In this document: positions 23,185 through 29,865 of the stretch, one piece after another | Numbering within the stretch: the stretch's first letter is position 1 | How the letters are laid out: the number at the start of each line of letters is the position of its first letter | Notes under the pieces: generated by a model | The model's database searches: none | What the model was told of the DNA's origin: nothing | Seen by the model: only the letters and a program-made list of their open reading frames with translations | Virus record (IMG/VR): IMGVR_UViG_3300021958_000018 | Span: 1 to 29,865 of that record | Reading direction: 5' to 3' (one strand) | Source: a virus | Length of the DNA: 29,865 bases | Made by a program: the position numbers and the translations under genes

Positions 23185-23793
23185 TTAAATGATTACAACA
23201 GAGTTGCGATAGGGGTACAAGATTTCTTTAACTTCGGGCGGGATCGTATTCGGTAGAAATGATGTTGTCGCCTGTCTGACTGTGCTGCTCTTTTTTCCTT
23301 GGCTGCTCTTTGCTCTGTGCAACTGGCTTGCATACACACAAACAGCATGCACTAGATCTCTGTGATACAAAGTAAAGCCAAAAGTGCCGATCACTCTATT
23401 TGCTCTGTAGCCCTTTGTAAATCCTACAGTGCTTGTATCGGGTTTGATGATCAACAGCCCGCGCTGCTTGTCGATCTCGTATTCGTCGCTGTTTACTTCT
23501 GTATCCGCTGTATATTTTCTTTCTGGATCGGCGTGTACGCTTGTGATCGTTACAACGGGATTCAATGGCAACTGTAAAACGCTGATATCATCGATCCAGT
23601 ATGAATCAATGTACAGCGTGTAGGTTGTGACGGCTAGAGTTGGAGTATTGCTAGAATCAGGCGCAGGAAAGCCGAGCCAGCGCGCAATGACTGACTCGAC
23701 TCTATCCAGCAGATTCGAAAGTTCTGTATCGCTCCCTGTGCCTGTGACTTCAGGCAAATACTCCTTTAGTATATCGGTAGTAACGAGAGCCAT
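23185..23793 (-). CDS. gp6-like head-tail connector protein (202 aa).
   Basis: The N-terminal TDILKEYLPEV...ELSNLLDRVESVIARWLG pattern is typical of this family. Confidence 0.6.
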   Translation of the reverse strand: MALVTTDILKEYLPEVTGTGSDTELSNLLDRVESVIARWLGFPAPDSSNTPTLAVTTYTLYIDSYWIDDISVLQLPLNPVVTITSVHADPERKYTADTEVNSDEYEIDKQRGLLIIKPDTSTVGFTKGYRANRVIGTFGFTLYHRDLVHAVCVYASQLHRAKSSQGKKSSTVRQATTSFLPNTIPPEVKEILYPYRNSVVII

Positions 23794-23819
23794 ACACTTT
23801 CAACCTTTATTCTAGTTAG

Positions 23820-24206
23820 TTAGTAAGAACGTGCTTGGCGCAACTGCAAACAAACGCATGCATTTGTTGCTTTTCCACTGGCTGCTTTTACAACTTTGAT
23901 GATCAATGCTTCTCCAGCGTCGAAAACGGCTTTGTCTTCGTTGCCTTGAGCGATCATATCTTCAGAAGTATTGGCAGTCAATGCGCCCTCTTGTGCGGTC
24001 TGTGTAGCCCACTCGAAAAGGGTTGCAGTTTGATCGTTGCCCAAAACTTGAAAAGTTGCATAGTTTGCAGCATCAGCAGCAACGCCAGCGAAATCGACAA
24101 CTTTTGCGCCTACAACTTCCATACGCTCATGAAAGCAGATTACAACATTGTCAGCAGTTCCCGCGGCAGTTTCAAGCCGTACATATTCAGGATAATAATA
24201 AGACAT
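23820..24206 (-). CDS. Head-associated hypothetical protein (128 aa), possibly a decoration protein.
   Basis: It lies immediately after the capsid gene with a strong AGGAG SD. Confidence 0.55.
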   Translation of the reverse strand: MSYYYPEYVRLETAAGTADNVVICFHERMEVVGAKVVDFAGVAADAANYATFQVLGNDQTATLFEWATQTAQEGALTANTSEDMIAQGNEDKAVFDAGEALIIKVVKAASGKATNACVCLQLRQARSY

Positions 24207-24226
24207 AATAAATTTCTCCTATAAAC

Positions 24227-24244
24227 GGGGGGATTGCTCCCCCC
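24227..24244 (-). terminator. G6/C6 hairpin after the capsid gene (attenuator or terminator).
   Basis: gggggg-attgct-cccccc. There is no clear U-tract. Confidence 0.4.
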
Positions 24245-24253
24245 TGTCAATGA

Positions 24254-25690
24254 TTACAGATTGAAGCCGAAAGCAACATTTTTAACGTCTGAAGCGTCAA
24301 GGCTATCGAAAGTCAAGCGCTCTGTAGCAACCATGTTGAAAGCGCCGCTCTTGATGTCTTGCTCTTGCTGGATTTGGATCCCGCGTCGTGCAAAGATGTT
24401 CCAAGAGTCGCGAGATACGCAAAGCATCCCAGTTGTTGCGCCTGTGCCAGTGTACAATCCAGTAGTAGCAAGATCGTCAGACATGAAACGAGATACAACG
24501 ATCGGCATCCCGAAGATCGATCCGATTTGTCCAGTCAAGATTGAGGCTTGAGGACCGAACTTGTCAAGAGTAATCACTTGCTCAAGTCCCAGCAAGTTCT
24601 CATACAATGCCTCAGGAGACACGATCAAAACTTTGTCAGAAGCAGCATACTCGCCCAACTTGCTGATCAATTCGAGCATCTTTGCAGCGTCGAAAGAGTT
24701 GATATCAAGAGTAGTGCTCTTGTCATAAGCAGCAGCACGCAATCCAGTCCACAAGCGGCGATGATCATTTGAGCCACCTAAGCCACTAGCGCCCCAGCGT
24801 TCGCGGATGTTCCAAGAGGCGATCGCATCTTGGTGAGTAGCAGCAGAATCACCATTGATCAAAGCATCTTCTACAGCGTCACGCATATCTTTTGCGATCA
24901 TGCGTTGCATTGCTGGCAACAACAAAACAGCAGAGTCTTCAATCAATTCTTCGTCAAGGATGTAACGAGTTGACAAGCCTTTTGCAGTGATCTGAGCCTG
25001 TCCCATTGATACAGTAGAAACTGGATACAAAGCAGGATTGTCGCTTGTTACAGTTCCTTTGATGTATGGACGCCCGCCGCGATTGATGCGAGGCGCAAGC
25101 ATTGTGTTTGAAGTCATTTGAACTTCAGAGAACAATGAACGCACTACAGTTGGAACTTGATATTCCATGTGCAACTGTGCCAAGAATTGATCTTCAATCA
25201 ATTCAGCACCAACGCCAGCACCGTCGAAGTTTGCTTTTGAAACTTGAGCAGCGATTGCACGAGGTGCAACAGCCAAATGTCGAGCAATAGCCAGATCCAT
25301 CTTTGGGGTGCTCTTGTCGCCCACAAGCATATTTTTGACCATCATGCGATCATTTGCAAGTCGCTTCATTTCGACATGCCAGTTAGAAAGATTCTCGTCA
25401 GTGTCGAGCAATCCAGCCTCTGTCACAATCTGAGTGCCTTGTGCAGTCTTGACTTTAGTCTTTCCAGCAGTCCAGCGGATCGATCCGTCTTCGCCTACAA
25501 ACTTTTTAAGTTCTGAATCTGTGCCAGTGATCTCGACAGAGTCAGCACGATAAACAGATTCTTCCATGAGTCTGTGGGCTTCTTTCAAAGACTTTACTTG
25601 TTGCTCGATGTTTGCAACTTTCTCGTCTTGGTTGTTTCTCAGGGAGCGTAATTCCCCCATGATTTGCTTTACTGCATCAATGTTTGACAT
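24254..25690 (-). CDS. Major capsid protein, HK97-like, with an N-terminal coiled-coil delta/scaffold region (478 aa).
   Basis: Position after the protease, an N-terminal heptad region, and the LDEELIEDSAV...AKDMRDAVEDALINGD pattern. Confidence 0.85.
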   Translation of the reverse strand: MSNIDAVKQIMGELRSLRNNQDEKVANIEQQVKSLKEAHRLMEESVYRADSVEITGTDSELKKFVGEDGSIRWTAGKTKVKTAQGTQIVTEAGLLDTDENLSNWHVEMKRLANDRMMVKNMLVGDKSTPKMDLAIARHLAVAPRAIAAQVSKANFDGAGVGAELIEDQFLAQLHMEYQVPTVVRSLFSEVQMTSNTMLAPRINRGGRPYIKGTVTSDNPALYPVSTVSMGQAQITAKGLSTRYILDEELIEDSAVLLLPAMQRMIAKDMRDAVEDALINGDSAATHQDAIASWNIRERWGASGLGGSNDHRRLWTGLRAAAYDKSTTLDINSFDAAKMLELISKLGEYAASDKVLIVSPEALYENLLGLEQVITLDKFGPQASILTGQIGSIFGMPIVVSRFMSDDLATTGLYTGTGATTGMLCVSRDSWNIFARRGIQIQQEQDIKSGAFNMVATERLTFDSLDASDVKNVAFGFNL

Positions 25691-25705
25691 AAAAACTCCC
25701 TATGT

Positions 25706-26470
25706 CTATTGGTTAAAACTTTTCAATTCAGCAAGTAAGTCGGCAAGAGTAGCGCCCTTTTCTTCTTCGCTCTCTTCTTCGTCTTGCATTTTATCTTCTT
25801 CGTCATCGTGCTCGGCTTTTTCTTCTTCGTCATGCCCGCCCTTTTCTTCTTCGTCTTTGTAGCCCTCTTCGACTTCTTCGACTTCTTCCATTTCAGAATG
25901 GGCAGCAAACTCTACAAGATAATTGCCGTTTTCTAACTCTTGCACCGATACAATGTGCTTATTGATGATCAAGGATCTTGCAACGTCTGCAAGTCCGATC
26001 TCTCTTGTGAAATTCTTGCTCAAAGTAGCCTCGTTATTTGCGGGTATTGTTACGATAGAGATTTCTAGAAGTTCAGATTTGGCAAAGTACGATCCTGACT
26101 TTCCATAATAAGGATGATCAGCAGGCAAAGAACTACGAGCGATAGTTTTGCTGGGTTGGAATCCGACAGAAACAGCATTGATATAGCCGCCTCGCACTTT
26201 TTGCTCAATTGTTTTAGCCATTTCATCATTTTGATCAAACTCCACTTCCAGCATCAGTTGCTCATTTTCGACGTAGGCTTTGCCTTTGCCGATCGGCATC
26301 TGTGTAGGATTGTGATTGAATAGCACAACAGGGTTGCGATTGTATGCAGACAAATCCCAACCCTTTTGATCTACAATGTCGCCATATCTGTCAGGGTTGG
26401 CTGTAGACGCTACAAACTTGATCGGCTTGTCTTGTTCTATTTGCTTTGTTTGGAAACTCTTAAAACGCAT
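25706..26470 (-). CDS. Prohead serine protease (HK97/S78 family) with a polyacidic C-terminal extension (254 aa).
   Basis: FVASTANPDRYGDIV, VLFNHN and AVSVGF motifs. Start moved to the ATG at 26470, which is preceded by GAGGAG. Confidence 0.8.
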   Translation of the reverse strand: MRFKSFQTKQIEQDKPIKFVASTANPDRYGDIVDQKGWDLSAYNRNPVVLFNHNPTQMPIGKGKAYVENEQLMLEVEFDQNDEMAKTIEQKVRGGYINAVSVGFQPSKTIARSSLPADHPYYGKSGSYFAKSELLEISIVTIPANNEATLSKNFTREIGLADVARSLIINKHIVSVQELENGNYLVEFAAHSEMEEVEEVEEGYKDEEEKGGHDEEEKAEHDDEEDKMQDEEESEEEKGATLADLLAELKSFNQ

Positions 26471-26520
26471 TTGTGCTCCTCTCAGATATGATATAGCATA
26501 CAGGATCAACTGTCATGTGA

Positions 26521-26928
26521 TTATTTGCGCTCTCTGTATTTCTCGTAGCACTCTTCTTTGTTTTCAAGAAACGATTCACAATGATTGATAATGATCTTCG
26601 AGTTCGATACATTCGAGATTTCTTCGCATTCTGCGCCGCTTGTTTTCGCTTCTACACCGCGCTGCATAACTCGGCAATACATTTCCCTGCAAAGTAAATC
26701 CCCGTTTTCTTTGATGTATTCAGCGCTACAAGGTTCTACGAGCAGATCAAGATTTGTGAGTTGCTTGGCAACGTCTGACACAGGATCGACAGGCTCAATG
26801 ATGATCGGGGCAACTGGCTGGCTGGCTGGCTTGTCTTTTGTTATTGCCATTGTGCCCAAAGTTCCTACGGCAACGCCACAGATCGCAATCACTGCATAGA
26901 TAGTAAGCATATTATTTTCCTTTTGCAT
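26521..26928 (-). CDS. N-terminally membrane-anchored Cys-rich protein (135 aa).
   Basis: Hydrophobic LTIYAVIAICGVAVGTLGTMAI, a Pro-rich linker, and then 6 Cys in about 70 aa. Confidence 0.6.
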   Translation of the reverse strand: MQKENNMLTIYAVIAICGVAVGTLGTMAITKDKPASQPVAPIIIEPVDPVSDVAKQLTNLDLLVEPCSAEYIKENGDLLCREMYCRVMQRGVEAKTSGAECEEISNVSNSKIIINHCESFLENKEECYEKYRERK

Positions 26929-26932
26929 TGTG

Positions 26933-29449
26933 TTACTCTTCGACTATTGGCGCAATAGTACATCGACAGTTGATGTCCATTGAAGCCACGCCAAAAGAGG
27001 CGGGCGCTTGTGCTCTGTATCCGTCGATCTCAAACTGATCTGCAACTGGGATCGGCTCGGCATCGTCTAGGGCTGCATGTTCTTCTCTTACTTTATCGTC
27101 ACGGCTAGAGATCCACTCTTTGAGAACTTTGACATTTTCTTGCTCTTCAAATAGTTGATACGCCTCATTTGTTGCCGTGTTGATCGCCTTTGTGGTTTCT
27201 GTCTGTGCTATTCGTTGCGCTCTTTTTTCGCTGAAAGTTGTTGCTTGTCGGATGCTCTCTGAAATGTCGCGATTGCTCAACCCTTGTTCAATGCCAGCGC
27301 GCACTAGCCGCTTGATCTGCTTTTCGTTTGTGTTGTTGATCTGTCTTGCGAACTGCAATATTTGACGCTCCATTATTTTGCGCTCTCCAAACAACAGATC
27401 GATCGGTCGGCTTCTATTCGTCAAGTTGTACAGTTCCGTTACAGTGTCATTGCCTGTCAACATATAGACGGATCGAAATGCACGTCCGATCACTTTGCCG
27501 ATCTGCTCAATCTCAAGAGCACGCCCCAAGATCGTTGCGTAGTCAATCGCCTTGCTTTCTCGTTGATCAATGATTGCCTGTGCGAGTATTGCCGCCCGTC
27601 TTGAATAGCGATCGGCAGCATCCAGCAAATATATCTCTGTAGCGCGTTGCATTGTACGCTCAGCGGGCAATACACTCTTTTTAAGCCATTGCGCCCAGTA
27701 TACGTCCTTTTGCGCCTTTGTCATGCTTCTTTGTAGCGATCTCTTTTCTGTCAGTCGCTTCTTTTCGTCGCTGATCACTTTTCTCATGTGTGACAAGCCA
27801 CGCGATCCGACAACTAGCCATTTTATTTGAGCAACAACGCCAGCCAGTCTGAAATCTTTGAGGTGACGAGCCGCCCAAGCCTCTCGAAGCCTGATCGCTT
27901 TCTCTTCTGTCTCAGTTTCTGCAATGCTACTGCTACGCTCTGCAATGGGCTTGAGTCTGTTGTATTGTTTATTGCCGAGTACATTGCCACCGCGATCCCA
28001 TATCTCAGACCAGTTATCTTTGAGATCTTGTGCTTCGTCATGTGGGAATCGTTCAAATTGTGAATTTCTCAGCGCAACCTGTTGATCTTCGCCGTCTTCA
28101 GGGAAGTTTGTCGGATCTTTGTCGCCTACACTGCCCCGCATTTCGAGCGAGTCAATCTTTTTTTTTTCGTCCTCTTTGGCGCGTTGTACAAGTTGCGTCA
28201 ATGCTTGCTCTATTGCTTCGTCTTGCTGGCTGGCTGGCTCTTCTTTATCTGTTGATCCAAAAGGGGAATCCTTTAAGCCCTCATAAGCATATGCCTCTGA
28301 GGCGCTCATGCCCGATTCAATATGTATTCTGATTCTTTCAAGTTTCTCAGATCGAATAAACTGCAACGCGTCAACATTTGAAAAGTCAATCTGTACATAG
28401 AAAGCAGGATCGAACATTTGTGCAATACGGGTCATGAATTGCTCAAGTTTGCGCGCCCGCTTCTCTTGAATCTCCCAGTATGTGATCGTCGCCTGTCTTG
28501 CTGTTGCATAATTGGCATCAGGCAAGCCCAGCACAGTAGACGGCACGCCACAGACTGCACTGATGTTTTCTCGTACCATGATGCGCAATGATTGCATTTC
28601 GAGATCGCGCGGGGATAGGTTGAGCGTTTCAACTTTGATCTGTCCACTGAGCGCCATTGCGCCCCCGTGCTCTGTCATTTGTTTGTAGGCTTGCATGATC
28701 TCTTGTCTTCTACGTCGATCCCATATATCAGCGGGATCAATAGGCGACAAAAGAACGTCAGGGCGCCCTTGCTTGCTTACACTGCTTGCCATGCGTTGCG
28801 CGTTGATGTCGGCTGTAATCTCTTCGTTCAGTGCTTCAACAATGCCTGAGCCGTACAACTCGCCCGCGCTCTGATTGTCCCATGAGGCATTTCGAATATG
28901 TATGACACGCTCAGGCGCATAGACGACAGAAGATCCGCCGTCTGTGTATTCGTAGCCCTTGACCATTTTGACAGGATCTGGAATGATGCGCACGTTCTCA
29001 GGGTGCAATCTGTATAAACTTGTCGGCTTGTTGAGATCGCCTACAATCAAAGTATAGCAATTGCCCGTCATCATCAGATCGACGATAAACTGCTCTCTGA
29101 ATAAATAGCCGTCCGTAATGCTTGACGGTTGACGGAATAGATCAAGCACTTCGTGATCATCGATCTCTGTTTGCTGCTCCCCTTGCCCTCTCAGCAACTT
29201 GATCGGCAGGCTTGCAATGTCTTGACTGGCACGCGTTACACAGGCGTGTGTGTAAGCATGCTTGCCAAATACAGCCATAGATTGACGAGGGGAGAAAATA
29301 GGGGCAACGCCGTTGCCAGTGCTCCAAGATGCGCCGTGCTCAGGTGCTTCAGGATTCTCTTCAACTTGCCCAAAGGCTCTAGCAATAAAAGAGGGTACAT
29401 ATCGAGCCAGCCAGCCAGTTTTTGCGGGTACTTGTTTATTTTGTGGCAT
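26933..29449 (-). CDS. Portal protein fused to a Mu gpF / SPP1 gp7-like head morphogenesis domain (838 aa).
   Basis: The N-terminal half is portal-like. The C-terminus carries RIAQTETTKAINTATNEAY and WISSRDDKVREEHAALDD...NCRC. Start moved to the ATG at 29449, which is preceded by AGGAG (the track used a TTG at 29473). Confidence 0.85.
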   Translation of the reverse strand: MPQNKQVPAKTGWLARYVPSFIARAFGQVEENPEAPEHGASWSTGNGVAPIFSPRQSMAVFGKHAYTHACVTRASQDIASLPIKLLRGQGEQQTEIDDHEVLDLFRQPSSITDGYLFREQFIVDLMMTGNCYTLIVGDLNKPTSLYRLHPENVRIIPDPVKMVKGYEYTDGGSSVVYAPERVIHIRNASWDNQSAGELYGSGIVEALNEEITADINAQRMASSVSKQGRPDVLLSPIDPADIWDRRRRQEIMQAYKQMTEHGGAMALSGQIKVETLNLSPRDLEMQSLRIMVRENISAVCGVPSTVLGLPDANYATARQATITYWEIQEKRARKLEQFMTRIAQMFDPAFYVQIDFSNVDALQFIRSEKLERIRIHIESGMSASEAYAYEGLKDSPFGSTDKEEPASQQDEAIEQALTQLVQRAKEDEKKKIDSLEMRGSVGDKDPTNFPEDGEDQQVALRNSQFERFPHDEAQDLKDNWSEIWDRGGNVLGNKQYNRLKPIAERSSSIAETETEEKAIRLREAWAARHLKDFRLAGVVAQIKWLVVGSRGLSHMRKVISDEKKRLTEKRSLQRSMTKAQKDVYWAQWLKKSVLPAERTMQRATEIYLLDAADRYSRRAAILAQAIIDQRESKAIDYATILGRALEIEQIGKVIGRAFRSVYMLTGNDTVTELYNLTNRSRPIDLLFGERKIMERQILQFARQINNTNEKQIKRLVRAGIEQGLSNRDISESIRQATTFSEKRAQRIAQTETTKAINTATNEAYQLFEEQENVKVLKEWISSRDDKVREEHAALDDAEPIPVADQFEIDGYRAQAPASFGVASMDINCRCTIAPIVEE
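28157..28163 (-). other. Candidate -1 programmed frameshift heptamer A_AAA_AAG within an A10 run.
   Basis: The sense strand reads gag gac gaa aaa aaa aag att gac. The -1 frame reads GAT TGA immediately afterwards. Confidence 0.5.
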
Positions 29450-29515
29450 GTGATCTCCTGTCAATACTGGCAATATATCAGAAAATGAAGACTATTGACA
29501 CGGCGATCGATTTCT

Positions 29516-29546
29516 AAAACTAGAAAGAGCGACCGAAGCCGCTCTT
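29516..29546 (-). terminator. Hairpin between the first late gene and the portal gene (attenuator).
   Basis: Minus strand reads aagagcg-gcttcggt-cgctctt followed by tctagtttt. Confidence 0.4.
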
Positions 29547-29568
29547 GTGTGTTGCTGTGTCTTGTTGA

Positions 29569-29784
29569 TTATACAGGGGCAATCATCTTGAGCCAAGGGT
29601 GCTTTGCTACGATCTCTTTGATTTTTGCAGTGTACTTTGCTTTGTATACTTCTCCGTTAGGTGTGTTCAACAAAGTTACGATTGCTTCAAGTTGCGCCTC
29701 TGCAAGTTTTTCCTCTTCTGTCTTGTTTGTTTCGTCTTTTGAGAAGTATGCTTCAAGGTCTTTAAGTGTGATTTCAGTAGTCAT
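29569..29784 (-). CDS. Hypothetical protein (71 aa), first gene of the structural operon.
   Basis: It follows promoter-leader cassette A, with the RBS aaacggaaagacaaa before the ATG. Confidence 0.6.
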   Translation of the reverse strand: MTTEITLKDLEAYFSKDETNKTEEEKLAEAQLEAIVTLLNTPNGEVYKAKYTAKIKEIVAKHPWLKMIAPV

Positions 29785-29865
29785 TTTGTCTTTCCGTTTT
29801 TATTTGTATGCTTCATTGCCTACACTTATATAATAACAACATATTTACACACTGTCAACATATTT
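29739..29865. repeat. Terminal overlap, right copy (identical to 1..127).
   Basis: Same as the left copy. Bases 1..46 therefore duplicate the 5' end of the 29569..29784 gene. Confidence 0.95.
29830..29858 (-). promoter_or_regulatory. Promoter-leader cassette copy A (the same locus as 92..120 in the overlap).
   Basis: Minus strand reads TTGACA-N17-TATTAT. Two exact ACATATTTAC boxes lie at 101..110 and 120..129. Confidence 0.7.

Noticed and set aside
25566-25908. Ser-rich plus-strand ORF and Lys-rich minus-strand ORF over the 3' end of the protease gene.
   Set aside because: They are alternative-frame readings of the GAA/GAG-rich polyacidic tail.
1-29865. Prophage, integrative element or lysogeny module.
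   Set aside because: I saw no integrase, excisionase, att-like flanks or host genes. The window closes on itself as a free phage genome. The several XRE regulators alone do not establish that the phage is temperate.

Overview
The window is a complete, closed genome of a siphovirus-like tailed dsDNA phage. The first 127 nt (1..127) are identical to the last 127 nt (29739..29865), so the unique length is 29738 bp. About 90% is transcribed from the minus strand. One module, driven by the promoter at 9495..9524, holds small proteins, a 287-aa Cys-rich protein, a C5-cytosine methyltransferase, two ribbon-helix-helix (RHH) proteins, a ParB-fused N6/N4 methyltransferase and a TerS-like protein. This is followed by further small-protein and helix-turn-helix (HTH) genes, TerL, and a SWIM-finger operon. 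The structural operon runs in the order: portal fused to a Mu F-like domain, protease, HK97-type capsid, connectors, tail tube, G/T chaperone, tape measure, Dit/Tal, a lysis pair, and tail fibre. Only two units are on the plus strand: 9995..11538 (XRE regulator, DnaQ-like exonuclease, two small structural-like proteins) and a promoter-bearing two-gene insertion at 19917..20470 inside the tail module. I see no integrase, DNA polymerase, helicase, tRNA or CRISPR array. The items most worth follow-up are: (1) a nested same-strand ORF inside the C5-methyltransferase gene whose shifted-frame translation also reads like methyltransferase motifs; (2) a dnaX-type A_AAA_AAG slippery heptamer at the portal/Mu F domain junction, with a -1 frame stop two codons later; (3) two arrays of five TTTGTG repeats with exact 11-bp phasing beside an AT-rich tract (candidate origin or regulatory hub); (4) five copies of a roughly 90-nt promoter-leader cassette carrying paired ACATATTTAC boxes; (5) the antisense two-gene insertion in the tail operon; (6) three tandem, translationally coupled small paralogs; and (7) strong GATC/CGATCG enrichment with five HIP1 octamers, which tentatively suggests a cyanobacterial host. 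All functional calls come from motifs read by eye in the supplied translations. No database search was run.
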